From the IMG/VR virus record IMGVR_UViG_3300043570_001980, positions 277,991 through 341,990 of that record: a stretch of DNA of 64,000 bases; one strand, given 5' to 3'. Positions 1 to 9,826 of this stretch are shown here, in pieces. A model generated the notes under the pieces. That model saw only the letters and a program-made list of their open reading frames with translations, ran no database searches and had not been told where the DNA came from. The position numbers and the translations under genes were made by a program. Positions within the stretch are counted from its first letter, which is position 1, and each line of letters opens with the position of its first letter.

Positions 1-2
1 AA

Positions 3-98
3 AAAGCACTAGTCAACTATATTCAAAACGATTCTGAAGAACAGGATGAAGACGAAGAGTATGAAGAAGAAGAGGACTGGGACGGTGAAGATTATTAA
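3..98 (+). CDS. 3' end of a hypothetical protein with an acidic C-terminal tail (partial)
   Basis: Open frame KALVNYIQNDSEEQDEDEEYEEEEDWDGEDY ending TAA at 96-98. Confidence 0.7.
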   Translation, partial: KALVNYIQNDSEEQDEDEEYEEEEDWDGEDY

Positions 99-100
99 TC

Positions 101-553
101 ATGTACTATAGCAAGGTAGTAGCAAGTCTTTCGGCTATTCCGGATTTTATTGCACATTATGAACGAGAGCTAGGCTTGGCCAAGAGAGAATGTGTAATAG
201 GCGGACTAGTTGAAAAAAATATTAAAGAATTGCCGGGTATTACGGAACATCGTTTTAATCAGCTTCAGGAAATAGAAGCAGTACTCAATCTTCTTAATAT
301 ACAATTACGCAAAATCCGTCGACGCCATTTCCAAAAATATCTGGAAGGATATGCTCGTGCATTAACATCTCGAGACGCTGAAAAATATGTAGATGGTGAG
401 GATGAGGTTATTGATTTTGAAACTATTATCAACGAAGTGGCTCTATTGCGTAATAAATGGCTGGGTATTATGAAAGGACTTGATACTAAACAATGGCAAA
501 TGGGCCATATTGTTAGATTACGAACGTCCGGTATGGAAGACATTCAAGTATGA
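101..553 (+). CDS. uvsY: UvsY-like recombination mediator protein
   Basis: 150-aa helical protein with ..KYLEGY..TSRDAEKYVDGEDEV..KGLDTKQWQMGHIVRLR, the T4-type UvsY pattern. Confidence 0.75.
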   Translation: MYYSKVVASLSAIPDFIAHYERELGLAKRECVIGGLVEKNIKELPGITEHRFNQLQEIEAVLNLLNIQLRKIRRRHFQKYLEGYARALTSRDAEKYVDGEDEVIDFETIINEVALLRNKWLGIMKGLDTKQWQMGHIVRLRTSGMEDIQV

Positions 554-1314
554 ACAAAACTTATTTTATTTCTCCAGAAGAGAGTCATCAACACAGTTTG
601 CAAACATTAAATCAGTTATATGCATATGATGACTTTATGGAAAGTATTACCACAGTAGCCGACATGGGTTGCGGACGTGGATTAGACATTGAATGGTGGG
701 CCACCAGAACCACCAGGGATGAACGTGCTGACCCTTTAAATATTAAATGTTACGGAATTGATCAATTTGAACAATTTCCAATGGCTAGAAAATATCACAA
801 TACACAATATCAACGACAAGACTTTGAAGACCCAATTACAATACACAAAACAATGTTTGATGTGATTTGGTCGCATGACTCATTTCAGTATGTTATAAAC
901 CCGTTTCGAACATTGACCAACTGGAAAAAAGTCATGAATCCAAATGCCACATTGGTCATAATCTTGCCCCAGACTACCAACATGGAATTTAATACACAGG
1001 CGTTTGATCAGTTAGATTTTCAATATTACAATTGGACAATGGTCAGCCTAATTCATACCCTGGCAGTTTCGGGATTTGATTGCAGAGATGGTTATTTTTT
1101 AAAACAGCCAGATAGTCCCTGGTTACATGCAGTTGTGTACAACAGTGATCAATCTCCAAAAAATCCAAAAACCACTACCTGGTATGAATTAGCCGAGGCA
1201 AAGTTATTGCCAGTCACGGCTGTTGATAGCATAAACAAATATGGGTACGTAAAACAACGAGACCTAACACTACCCTGGATTAACAAAGCGTTAACCTGGT
1301 TAGGTAAAGAATAA
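550..1314 (+). CDS. Class I SAM-dependent methyltransferase
   Basis: VADMGCGRG motif I and FDVIWSHDSFQY. Confidence 0.8.
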   Translation: MNKTYFISPEESHQHSLQTLNQLYAYDDFMESITTVADMGCGRGLDIEWWATRTTRDERADPLNIKCYGIDQFEQFPMARKYHNTQYQRQDFEDPITIHKTMFDVIWSHDSFQYVINPFRTLTNWKKVMNPNATLVIILPQTTNMEFNTQAFDQLDFQYYNWTMVSLIHTLAVSGFDCRDGYFLKQPDSPWLHAVVYNSDQSPKNPKTTTWYELAEAKLLPVTAVDSINKYGYVKQRDLTLPWINKALTWLGKE

Positions 1315-1323
1315 GAGGAACCA

Positions 1324-2301
1324 ATGAAAAAAACTGCTTTTGTTACCGGAATGACCGGCCAGGATGGTCCGTACTTGGCAAAGTTATTGCTTGAAAAAGA
1401 TTATCAAGTGTTTGGACTAGTTAAAAGATATAGCAATCCAAATCTTGACAATATTAAATGGTTAGGAATTGAAAATGATATTGAACTAGTAACTGGTGAC
1501 ATCACCGACGAAAACTCAATGAATCATCTGATTAGAAGTTTAAAGCCAGTGGAAATATATAATCTTGCGGCACAGAGCTTTGTTGGAATTAGTTGGGATT
1601 TGAACAAGTTAACTACAGAAGTCAATTCAATAGGCCCTCTTAATATCCTTAACGCAATTAAAACGCATAGTCCAAATAGTCGTTTTTATCAAGCAAGCAC
1701 CAGCGAAATGTTTGGTAATGCTATAACAAACACTCAAAACGAAACCACACCATTTACTCCTCGTAGTCCGTATGGGGTTAGTAAATTGTATAGTCACTGG
1801 ATGACTGTGAACTTTCGAGAAAGCTATAGTCTCTATGCTTGCTCAGGAGTATTATTCAATCACGAAAGCCCATTACGTGGGAAAGAATTTGTTACACGCA
1901 AAGTTACAGATGCAGTGGCCCGTATTAAACTAGGATTGCAGGAAACAATTACACTGGGTAACATTGACAGTCGTCGGGATTGGGGCTTTGCTGGAGACTT
2001 TGTTGAAGCAATGTGGCTAATGTTACAGCAAGCCGAAGCTAAAGATTACGTTATTGCCACAGGAGAACAACATACTATTCGAGAACTATTAGATGTTGCG
2101 TTTAATTATGTCAATATTCCTGACTGGGAATCCAAAGTACTAACTGATCCACGATTTAAAAGACCTGCTGAGTTGTATAGTCTGTGCGGGGACAGTACCA
2201 GAGCCCGCAGTTTATTAGATTGGAAACCAAAAACAACATTTAAACAAATGATTGAAGATATGGTTAATGCAGATCTACAGAGATACCAAGTTCGGCAATA
2301 A
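1324..2301 (+). CDS. gmd: GDP-mannose 4,6-dehydratase
   Basis: TGMTGQDG, NLAAQSFV, QASTSEMFG, PRSPYGVSK, FNHESPLRG, RDWG motifs. Confidence 0.95.
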   Translation: MKKTAFVTGMTGQDGPYLAKLLLEKDYQVFGLVKRYSNPNLDNIKWLGIENDIELVTGDITDENSMNHLIRSLKPVEIYNLAAQSFVGISWDLNKLTTEVNSIGPLNILNAIKTHSPNSRFYQASTSEMFGNAITNTQNETTPFTPRSPYGVSKLYSHWMTVNFRESYSLYACSGVLFNHESPLRGKEFVTRKVTDAVARIKLGLQETITLGNIDSRRDWGFAGDFVEAMWLMLQQAEAKDYVIATGEQHTIRELLDVAFNYVNIPDWESKVLTDPRFKRPAELYSLCGDSTRARSLLDWKPKTTFKQMIEDMVNADLQRYQVRQ

Positions 2302-3102
2302 ACGTTGAATAGGATAGCCCTTGGCAATCTCGTCCAAGGTCCATTCAGAATGTGCTATCATATTCAACCAACTACTACGATCCGGCATTGCCGGATTTTC
2401 TATTTCTGCTAGATTAAATCCAGCAATTGGTGCAGCCAAACTGCTAGGGCCAACAAACGCAGGCACACCATTTATAATTGATTGCGGTCCAGGTCCGCTA
2501 CTCCAGTTAATAACTGCCCATGCGTTTTCCAATGATTGATCAAAATCAAAACAATCGTAGGAATTGGCAATTTTATTTGGAGAAATAGCTGTTGATATTA
2601 TTTTTTGTCTTGGGTGGGATCTAATAACAATTGGACGATTTGTGTATTTTTTTAAACGACTGCACACATCATTGACCCATGTTTGTGTATCCGGTAATCC
2701 AACCCATTGTTGACTGTCCTGACGTTGTAATGCAATCACAATGTGATCACCTGAGGTTCTCCAGGGCACTGGTGTTAATCCAAGATCCAGCGTCCTTGAT
2801 TCAGTTAAATCAATAAAATTATAACAAGATATTCCAGTACCGTTTAGTCCAATTTTCCATGTGTCTCCCCGACGCAACATTCCAATTTCAGCAACAATAA
2901 CAGGCTTGTGCTGATATGCTTTCCATACATCTCGATTGCCTTGCATCCGACCTGTCCATAACATCGACCATATCACAGCGACATCAGCATCATACTCGTT
3001 GTGGACCACTTGATGGCCGAGAGATTTCAGACCTTGTTCTATGGCAGCAAATACTGGTGCCGAGTTCAATGCACCAAAGTTATTAAATAGACTAAATTTC
3101 AT
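2275..3102 (-). CDS. Capsule-polysaccharide-synthesis-like (KpsS/KpsC-like, GT-B) putative glycosyltransferase
   Basis: IVIRSHPR ... AWAVINWSSG ... GVPAFV motif; paralogous to 6003-6965 and 6962-7771. Confidence 0.6.
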   Translation of the reverse strand: MKFSLFNNFGALNSAPVFAAIEQGLKSLGHQVVHNEYDADVAVIWSMLWTGRMQGNRDVWKAYQHKPVIVAEIGMLRRGDTWKIGLNGTGISCYNFIDLTESRTLDLGLTPVPWRTSGDHIVIALQRQDSQQWVGLPDTQTWVNDVCSRLKKYTNRPIVIRSHPRQKIISTAISPNKIANSYDCFDFDQSLENAWAVINWSSGPGPQSIINGVPAFVGPSSLAAPIAGFNLAEIENPAMPDRSSWLNMIAHSEWTLDEIAKGYPIQRLLPNLVSL

Positions 3103-3107
3103 TTGTG

Positions 3108-3113
3108 TAAATA
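3108..3113 (+). promoter_or_regulatory. T4-type late promoter core TAAATA
   Basis: TAAATA 7 nt upstream of ATG 3121, no Shine-Dalgarno. Confidence 0.55.
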
Positions 3114-3120
3114 GTTATAT

Positions 3121-3768
3121 ATGTATAAAATCAATTCACTCTGGTATTCTCCCGAACCTCTTAATGGATTCTTTAGCGAGCGTTTGCAGGATGCTGTAGA
3201 CGTTCATTATCAGCAACGCTACAGGTATTATGTATTTCAAAATATTCCACGCAAAAGAACCATGATTGACATTGGCGCCAATATTGGCATATTTGCTAGA
3301 CCTAGTGCAGAACATTTTGAACATGTAATATGTTTTGAACCAGTGCTTAAAAACTTCGAAGTCCTGCAAAAAAATCTAGAAAATTATAAAAATGTGGAAT
3401 TGCATAACCTGGGTCTTGGCGATAGAGATCAGACAGCAATATTTGAATTACAAACTCTCAAGTGTGGGCATACCAAACAAGTGGCAGAGTTTGTGCCCAA
3501 CCCAGAGTTTGAACAACACACTGGAGTGTTGACCACACTGGATCGATTCAATTTTCAATCTGTTGACTGGATCAAGATTGATGTTGAAGGTTTTGAAAAT
3601 GCAGTCCTTGAAGGAAGTCGCAATACTATACGTCAGAACAGACCTTGGTTGTTAATTGAGGACAACGGCCAACGAGATCAACACAGGCAATGGCTCAATG
3701 ATTTATGCGGACCATATGAATCCGCGCCAGTTAAAAGTAAGAGCAACACAATTTGGACCCCATTATGA
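3121..3768 (+). CDS. FkbM-family methyltransferase
   Basis: IDIGANIG, VICFEP, IKIDVEGFE motifs. Confidence 0.9.
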   Translation: MYKINSLWYSPEPLNGFFSERLQDAVDVHYQQRYRYYVFQNIPRKRTMIDIGANIGIFARPSAEHFEHVICFEPVLKNFEVLQKNLENYKNVELHNLGLGDRDQTAIFELQTLKCGHTKQVAEFVPNPEFEQHTGVLTTLDRFNFQSVDWIKIDVEGFENAVLEGSRNTIRQNRPWLLIEDNGQRDQHRQWLNDLCGPYESAPVKSKSNTIWTPL

Positions 3769-4481
3769 AACATTTACCGTATGAACGACAAGGTTTTAGT
3801 CAACATGACGAAACTGGAATTATTGAATATATGTTGGCAGGAATATCTGACCCAAAAAAAACTTTTGTAGAGATTGGCTTTGGCGACGGAACACAAAATA
3901 TGACTCTGGATTTGCTACATCAAGGGTATTGTGGTGTTGGCATAGACGGATGGGACTGGGATCCATCCGTGATCGAACGGTGGCCAGATCAATTGATTAA
4001 AATACAGAGAATGATTTCTCCAGACGATGTTGTACAATACATACCAGAACAGTATTGGCAACCGGACTTTTTTAGCCTAGACATTGACAGTTTTGATTAT
4101 GAAGTAGCGTCAGTCCTATTGCAATCAGGATTCTGCCCGGCCACTGTGTGTTGCGAGATCAACAAGAACTTTGGTAACGACTGGGCCAGTTTTCCTTATG
4201 TTGAAAAAACAATGAAAAAAGGCACATACAATAGGAAGTTTCATTATGGCTGTTCACTGTCAAAGTACAAAGACTTGTGGTCACAATATGGCTATGAGTT
4301 TTTTACATTTGACACAAGAGCAGTAAACGCATTTTGGTTTCACCCAGACCGAGTTGATATAAATTTAGATGTTCCTAGAAATCAAACACTTGATCAGATA
4401 GATACCTCTATTATAAAACAACAAATTTCCGATCACCAGTATTGGAACAATAAAGAAAAAGAAATTTATCAAACACTATGA
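3765..4481 (+). CDS. FkbM-related methyltransferase-fold protein
   Basis: FSQHDETGII, FVEIGFGDG, FFSLDIDSFDY, GCSL, VNAFW; ATGA coupling to the upstream stop fixes the start at 3765. Confidence 0.65.
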   Translation: MKHLPYERQGFSQHDETGIIEYMLAGISDPKKTFVEIGFGDGTQNMTLDLLHQGYCGVGIDGWDWDPSVIERWPDQLIKIQRMISPDDVVQYIPEQYWQPDFFSLDIDSFDYEVASVLLQSGFCPATVCCEINKNFGNDWASFPYVEKTMKKGTYNRKFHYGCSLSKYKDLWSQYGYEFFTFDTRAVNAFWFHPDRVDINLDVPRNQTLDQIDTSIIKQQISDHQYWNNKEKEIYQTL

Positions 4482-5305
4482 AATATTCAGTACTAACAAC
4501 ATTCCATGCCACTGGTTATCAAAAATATGCTAGCCGCATGATTGATACATTTTTACAAAATTGGCCTCAAGAAGTTGACCTATATGTTTACACAGAAGAT
4601 TGCACTATTACCCAATCTGCACCTAACTTATATGTGAGAGACCTGCATGCTGTGAGTCCAGAGATTGTAGCATTTAAACAGCGTTGGGGCAATGATCCAC
4701 GAGCCAACGGTTTAGTTGCCACAGGTCCTGTAGATCACAAAGGCAAGGCTCCTGGCCTGGGATTTAGATGGGATGCAATTCGTTTTAGTCATAAAATTTA
4801 TTCTGTGTGCCACGCCGCGAAAAATACCAATGCTGATATACTGTTTTGGATGGACGCTGACATGGTATGTCATACTCCTATCACAATAGATTTTATCAAC
4901 AAACAAATCACACCAGATGTAGGCCTGGCGTTTTTAGGTCGCGAAAAGAAATTTACAGAATGTGGATTGTATGCAATGAATTTAAAAAACTCAACCACAC
5001 AAGAATGGCTTAAAGAATTCCAGTTGGCATACGACTCGGACCGAGTTATGACCATGGCTGAATACAACGACTGTTGGGTATTTGATGAAACACGCAAAGA
5101 AGTACAGGTAAAGCATCCGGACTGGAAACAACTAAATTGGTCCAAGGGATTGATCAAGGGCGAAGGGCACCCGTTGATTAATACACCCTGGGGAGCATAT
5201 CTTGATCATCTTAAAGGCAAGCGTAAAGACGTAGGACGTAGTAATCTTAAAGATTTGGTACGTCCTAGAAGTGAATCTTATTGGTCCTCGTCGGTACCAG
5301 TCTGA
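4478..5305 (+). CDS. GT-A fold glycosyltransferase
   Basis: RFSHK, FWMDAD (DxD), ECG, HLKG motifs. Confidence 0.75.
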   Translation: MKYSVLTTFHATGYQKYASRMIDTFLQNWPQEVDLYVYTEDCTITQSAPNLYVRDLHAVSPEIVAFKQRWGNDPRANGLVATGPVDHKGKAPGLGFRWDAIRFSHKIYSVCHAAKNTNADILFWMDADMVCHTPITIDFINKQITPDVGLAFLGREKKFTECGLYAMNLKNSTTQEWLKEFQLAYDSDRVMTMAEYNDCWVFDETRKEVQVKHPDWKQLNWSKGLIKGEGHPLINTPWGAYLDHLKGKRKDVGRSNLKDLVRPRSESYWSSSVPV

Positions 5306-6006
5306 CTGTAGTGTTCTTTGCTGTGTTTGGCTTTGTGATGAGTCAGATACGGGCCGAGAACAGTATGTCTCATGGGTGTTTTATAAGGTTTAGCAAAGTC
5401 AGCGCATAGATCAGTGCAGTCGGCCTTGGACAATTTGATTGCCGCACCAAATACATCATTGTCATAGAATCGTCTGAGATCTTTGTAGTCTCTTTTCTTA
5501 TATCTACGAATGTATTCAGATTTAAATAATTTAAATTTTGGATGATGCGTATTAACAGCAAACACCCCAGTTTCGGGTACTAACCAATTGCCTGGATTGC
5601 CTTGTTTATCTTCGGTATATGATACTCCCAAATACAAAGATAAATGTGACGGATCAAGAATTTTATTCCAAAAATCCCACGGCATGGTACTTTCCGTAAT
5701 TACATCTGCGTCGATCCATAATATCCACTGTTTGTCAGTGTTATTCATGGCATGGATAAAACTATATGCCTTCTTTGCAAATCTTTTAACACTTCTATGA
5801 AAGTCTTCTTGTTGTAATGCGTAATAGTCCTTGTCTAATTGATCAAATTGAATTTGTTTAATTCTGTAATTATTAGAAAATGAAAAATCCTCAACATAAC
5901 AAGTGAGTTTATAATATGGGTTCCAATGTTTCAACCAGGAGTTGACACAGTCTTTACCAATCAAATCATAATATCGTTGATCAAAACTAGTGATAATTTC
6001 TATCAT
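5278..6006 (-). CDS. GT-A fold glycosyltransferase (paralog of 4478-5305)
   Basis: RFAKK, LWIDAD, ETG, HHKA; start at 6006 by ATGA coupling. Confidence 0.7.
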   Translation of the reverse strand: MIEIITSFDQRYYDLIGKDCVNSWLKHWNPYYKLTCYVEDFSFSNNYRIKQIQFDQLDKDYYALQQEDFHRSVKRFAKKAYSFIHAMNNTDKQWILWIDADVITESTMPWDFWNKILDPSHLSLYLGVSYTEDKQGNPGNWLVPETGVFAVNTHHPKFKLFKSEYIRRYKKRDYKDLRRFYDNDVFGAAIKLSKADCTDLCADFAKPYKTPMRHTVLGPYLTHHKAKHSKEHYSQTGTDEDQ

Positions 6007-6965
6007 TTGTTGGCCCATCTTTTCATGTGTCTCCAGCAATGCCCAGATTTAAGTTCACTATGGCTCCAGTGGAATTGACTTATGCGTTTTATCCACGACT
6101 CTCGGTCGTACATAATAGGATTTTCTATATTTGCTAGATTAATGTTGGCAATTTCTTTGCACTGACTTCGGTCCGGATCAGTAACAAACACCGGAATGCC
6201 CTGTAATGCAGATGCAACTGCAGGACTACTGTTATGATTAACCATGGCCCAACATCGATTAAGGTCATCTTCTAATCTTTCATTGGTGCTAAAATGAACA
6301 TTAAGCAATGCTCTTCCTCTACAAAGTTTTAGTAGACGCTCGCAGTATTTTTTTGCTCGTTTGTCTCCAGGGTGAGCTCTTATACGAATACTTCTTTGTG
6401 TAAACTTTCTTAATGTTGTTATGACATTTAGTGCCCAATCAACCACATTCCATCCTGCCATACTCCAACCACCATCTCGTTGAAGACAAATCAAAATATG
6501 GTCTCCATTTTTTCGCCAGGGGCTTAGTTCAACACCAATGGCTTGTTTTATAATCTCCCATCTGATGGGATCTGGTTCATGATCGCAATACTCGCCAGTG
6601 GTTGGAAAAACTCCATCGTAGCTATAACGCAACCAGTATCCAGGATTGGTAGTGTTTTTGTACAAAAACAAATTGCTATCTGCAATAACAGTTCTACCAC
6701 CAATGGCTTTTTGACGATCAATGATTTCTTGTCTAAACGCCAGATGAGCACCAGTTTTACCGTTCTCGTGAACCCAGCCCAATATCATTGCAACATCGGC
6801 TGGTTCGTATTGCATAGTTTCAATCACCTGTCCTTCATCCCCGACGTTAATTACCCCGTCGATAAAATATCTTAGTGTATTTGCCTTGTTATTTTGTTTT
6901 TGCAAAGACTCAGGTGTGGGCTCTTGTTTCTTAGGCAAGGTTGCTAGATAACTTATAACTTTCAT
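6003..6965 (-). CDS. Capsule-polysaccharide-synthesis-like putative glycosyltransferase
   Basis: IRIRAHPGD ... WAMVNHNSSPA ... GIPVFV ... DRESW ... FHWSHSELKSG. Confidence 0.6.
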   Translation of the reverse strand: MKVISYLATLPKKQEPTPESLQKQNNKANTLRYFIDGVINVGDEGQVIETMQYEPADVAMILGWVHENGKTGAHLAFRQEIIDRQKAIGGRTVIADSNLFLYKNTTNPGYWLRYSYDGVFPTTGEYCDHEPDPIRWEIIKQAIGVELSPWRKNGDHILICLQRDGGWSMAGWNVVDWALNVITTLRKFTQRSIRIRAHPGDKRAKKYCERLLKLCRGRALLNVHFSTNERLEDDLNRCWAMVNHNSSPAVASALQGIPVFVTDPDRSQCKEIANINLANIENPIMYDRESWIKRISQFHWSHSELKSGHCWRHMKRWANK

Positions 6966-7771
6966 TTTGTCAAAATCCTAAATGCAGTACCATCTCGTAA
7001 CTCGTCTACATGAAACTGCCCATAGGCAAGATGATGTGCCCATGCATGGAGTTTATCTCTATCAGGATAGTAGGGTGTTTCAATCTTGCTGAGATCTGTG
7101 TTGCCAACCGGCATTGCCGCATTTGATGGAGCCAACACAAATGCTGGAACTCCCTGCATGACTGCTTCTGTGGCCGCAACGCTGTTAAATGTTACTAATG
7201 CATGGACATCTCTTGCCAAGATAGCAGATAATGGATTCAATTGTACACGGTCTATTCTTTTTGGCTCACGTTGTCTGATAATAATTGGCCGGTCTGTGTA
7301 TTTTTTTAAAGTTGCCACAGTTTCAATGAGCCAGGTTTCCAAATCAATTCCATAAAACTTGCAGGGTTTTTCGTCAGGCGCCGCAACAATTATTACTTTT
7401 CCATATTTTCTTGGGTGCAATTGAATTCGAAGTTTTTTCCATCTATCATCAGGCCTGGGAACTATTTCGTTGTGTTGAAGATCATTTTTTACAATTCTGT
7501 GCCAATTCTTCCACCCTTGCGGATTCTGATCATTTGGTTGATTACCAAAGTAGCCGCTGTCCATGTAATAGAATGTTTTATTATCTTCCCAGCAACTGCG
7601 CATAATTTTGTGTTTTAAAATCCCACGCAGTACCACGGGCCTATCATCAACTACTACATCATAATAATAATCAAAGTCGTCGGAGTTGGTTATTTTTCCT
7701 CCGCATCCTTGGGCAAACATATTGATATATTCATCTTTGCCGTTCTTACTAAGAAATAACCACTCGCTCAT
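6962..7771 (-). CDS. Capsule-polysaccharide-synthesis-like putative glycosyltransferase
   Basis: YMDSGYF ... ALVTFNSVAA ... GVPAFV ... LAYGQF..ELRDG; start at 7771 by TAATG coupling. Confidence 0.6.
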   Translation of the reverse strand: MSEWLFLSKNGKDEYINMFAQGCGGKITNSDDFDYYYDVVVDDRPVVLRGILKHKIMRSCWEDNKTFYYMDSGYFGNQPNDQNPQGWKNWHRIVKNDLQHNEIVPRPDDRWKKLRIQLHPRKYGKVIIVAAPDEKPCKFYGIDLETWLIETVATLKKYTDRPIIIRQREPKRIDRVQLNPLSAILARDVHALVTFNSVAATEAVMQGVPAFVLAPSNAAMPVGNTDLSKIETPYYPDRDKLHAWAHHLAYGQFHVDELRDGTAFRILTK

Positions 7772-8448
7772 TATAATGTCCTTTGTAAACAATACTCAGT
7801 GAGTATGCGTTCTCTGTGCCACTCTTCACTTTGTGGTGTGTCAGCAAACTCGTGGAAGCATGGAGTGCCCAAGGTATAGTGCAAGAGCTTGGCCGCGGGG
7901 TTTGGCCCGTATTCATCGGGCAACCAATTCCATTCAGGCGGCAGTTCGCCAAGTCGTTCATCATCGATCCAGGTAAATCGATGTAGTTCAGCCCCTGTGG
8001 CTTTCTGTATAAATCCTGGGGTTAGCTTACGATTAGGAAAACTTCCGCAGTTCCACAAGATAACGCTACTCCAATTTTTTCTAGGATAATCTTCATTTTT
8101 TGATCCAAGATATTTCTCAGTCATCTTTGTTTTATAATCATGTTTGACTACCAATACATCCTTGTAGGGGTTCTGTAATTCCCATAATTTAGTAATGTCG
8201 TCACGCACAACCATATCACCATCTATAAAAATGGCCCACCCTGTAAATTGCATCAAGTGCGGCACAAGGAAACGACTGTAGATAAATTGATTGCTACCAT
8301 CTGTGTGTGTTTCTTTATAGTCTTTAAATAAATTTAATGCCAGCGGGATAATCTGTACTGGTTGTGTTGCATGCCTAATAATACTATTAGCACAGGTATG
8401 AAACGCAATTGCTTCTCTAGGATCGTATCCTATGAAAATTGGAATCAT
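7771..8448 (-). CDS. GT8-like glycosyltransferase
   Basis: IFIGYDPRE, F..SRFLVP, FIDGDM, YPRKNWSSV, EWNWL, LLHYTLGTP motifs. Confidence 0.85.
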   Translation of the reverse strand: MIPIFIGYDPREAIAFHTCANSIIRHATQPVQIIPLALNLFKDYKETHTDGSNQFIYSRFLVPHLMQFTGWAIFIDGDMVVRDDITKLWELQNPYKDVLVVKHDYKTKMTEKYLGSKNEDYPRKNWSSVILWNCGSFPNRKLTPGFIQKATGAELHRFTWIDDERLGELPPEWNWLPDEYGPNPAAKLLHYTLGTPCFHEFADTPQSEEWHRERILTEYCLQRTL

Positions 8449-9200
8449 TTTCTTTCAATGTCCTCTTCGATACAGTTCTCACCGTATTGAATTTCAATTA
8501 ATTTTAACGGCTGGTTGGTTTCGTTACACAGCATGTGCCATTGGCCTTTGTCGATAAACACATATTCGTGCAGACCGTATGTGCCAACCAGATCGTGATC
8601 ACTGCTGGAGTCTAGTGTATAAACTGCGGCTTCACCTTCAGCAACAAACCAAAACTCTGCACGTTGATCATGACGTTGCATGCTCAAACATGTCTTGGGC
8701 GTCACTGTTAGTTCTTTGAGTTTGGTGTTTGCGCCTACTTCGTGTAACACACGATAGTATCCCCAGGCACGTGAGGTCCGGGGCTTCTTCCAATCCTCGA
8801 GAATCCATGAACTAGAATTCTTCTTGTCCTCTCCACCAACACCAAACACAAACTCTACGTCATCGAACACCATTTCTGGAATGTTATTCTGGGTACGATC
8901 GCCGCCGTTGGCAAACACAATAGTATCAGTTGGGTAACGTTGTTTGATTAACTCAATTGCATTGCAACTGGAGTTGTCATCATCGTTGTAAACCACAACT
9001 TCGTCAACAATGCTCAACGCACTGATTAGTTCAAAACGTTCACTCATAGGCATAAAAGGCCTACCTTTTTTACGAGTAAGCCATTCATCAGAGTTGAGTC
9101 CGACAATCAATATGTCGCCTAGTTGTTTTGCTGATTTAAAGTAAGCAAGGTGCCCGGAGTGTATGGGATCAAACCCACCTGTAACAAGTACGATTTTCAT
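8445..9200 (-). CDS. Cytidylyl/adenylyltransferase (RfaE/TagD-like) fused to a mannose-6-phosphate-isomerase-type cupin
   Basis: TGGFDPIHSGH, FANGGDR, KKNSSS; C-terminal RAWGYY..LSMQRH..RAEFW..LIEIQYG...EEDIER. Confidence 0.88.
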   Translation of the reverse strand: MKIVLVTGGFDPIHSGHLAYFKSAKQLGDILIVGLNSDEWLTRKKGRPFMPMSERFELISALSIVDEVVVYNDDDNSSCNAIELIKQRYPTDTIVFANGGDRTQNNIPEMVFDDVEFVFGVGGEDKKNSSSWILEDWKKPRTSRAWGYYRVLHEVGANTKLKELTVTPKTCLSMQRHDQRAEFWFVAEGEAAVYTLDSSSDHDLVGTYGLHEYVFIDKGQWHMLCNETNQPLKLIEIQYGENCIEEDIERK

Positions 9201-9205
9201 AGAAA

Positions 9206-9233
9206 TATTTATCTATGTATATTATGGTAAATA
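9206..9233. promoter_or_regulatory. Back-to-back late promoter cores
   Basis: TATTTA 9206-9211 (minus strand, 5 nt from ATG 9200) and TAAATA 9228-9233 (4 nt from ATG 9238). Confidence 0.6.
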
Positions 9234-9237
9234 TAAT

Positions 9238-9819
9238 ATGGACCACTTTTATCAAGACATAGACGGATTTATGAGCGTTAGAAACACAATCATGCTTGAC
9301 ATGGTGTTAGAACAATTTCCTAAAAAAGGCACATGGGTTGAGCTAGGATCATGGACAGGTCGTAGCGCGGCATATTGTGTGGTTGAGTTAATCAATCGAG
9401 ATAAACTAGGTGAATTCTATTGTGTAGACAGCTGGCAGGGCGAAACTGACATAGCATACGATCAAGGCGTGATACAGGACATGGAAAATATTTTCCGTAA
9501 AAATGTCAATCCAGTGATAGATTCAATTACCATGTTGACCATGATGAGTTGGGCCGCCGCAGAAAAATTCAAAGATGAATCTGTGGATTTTTGTTATGTG
9601 GATGCTGGACATAGTTACGAAGCAGTAACAAAAGATCTCACTGCATGGTGGCCAAAACTGTGCCCTGGTGCCATGTTTGGTGGTGATGACTACACAAAAG
9701 GTTATCCAGGAGTGCAACAAGCAGTTTGGGACTTTTTTGGACCAATGAATATAAAAGTACGCAGATCAGGACGTTGTTGGTTGGTCACAAAACCAACAGC
9801 CGGTAATAATTTAATTTAA
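9238..9819 (+). CDS. Class I SAM methyltransferase (Methyltransf_24-like)
   Basis: VELGSWTGRS, CVDSW, YVDAGHSYE, GDDY. Confidence 0.85.
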   Translation: MDHFYQDIDGFMSVRNTIMLDMVLEQFPKKGTWVELGSWTGRSAAYCVVELINRDKLGEFYCVDSWQGETDIAYDQGVIQDMENIFRKNVNPVIDSITMLTMMSWAAAEKFKDESVDFCYVDAGHSYEAVTKDLTAWWPKLCPGAMFGGDDYTKGYPGVQQAVWDFFGPMNIKVRRSGRCWLVTKPTAGNNLI

Positions 9820-9826
9820 ATAAAGA

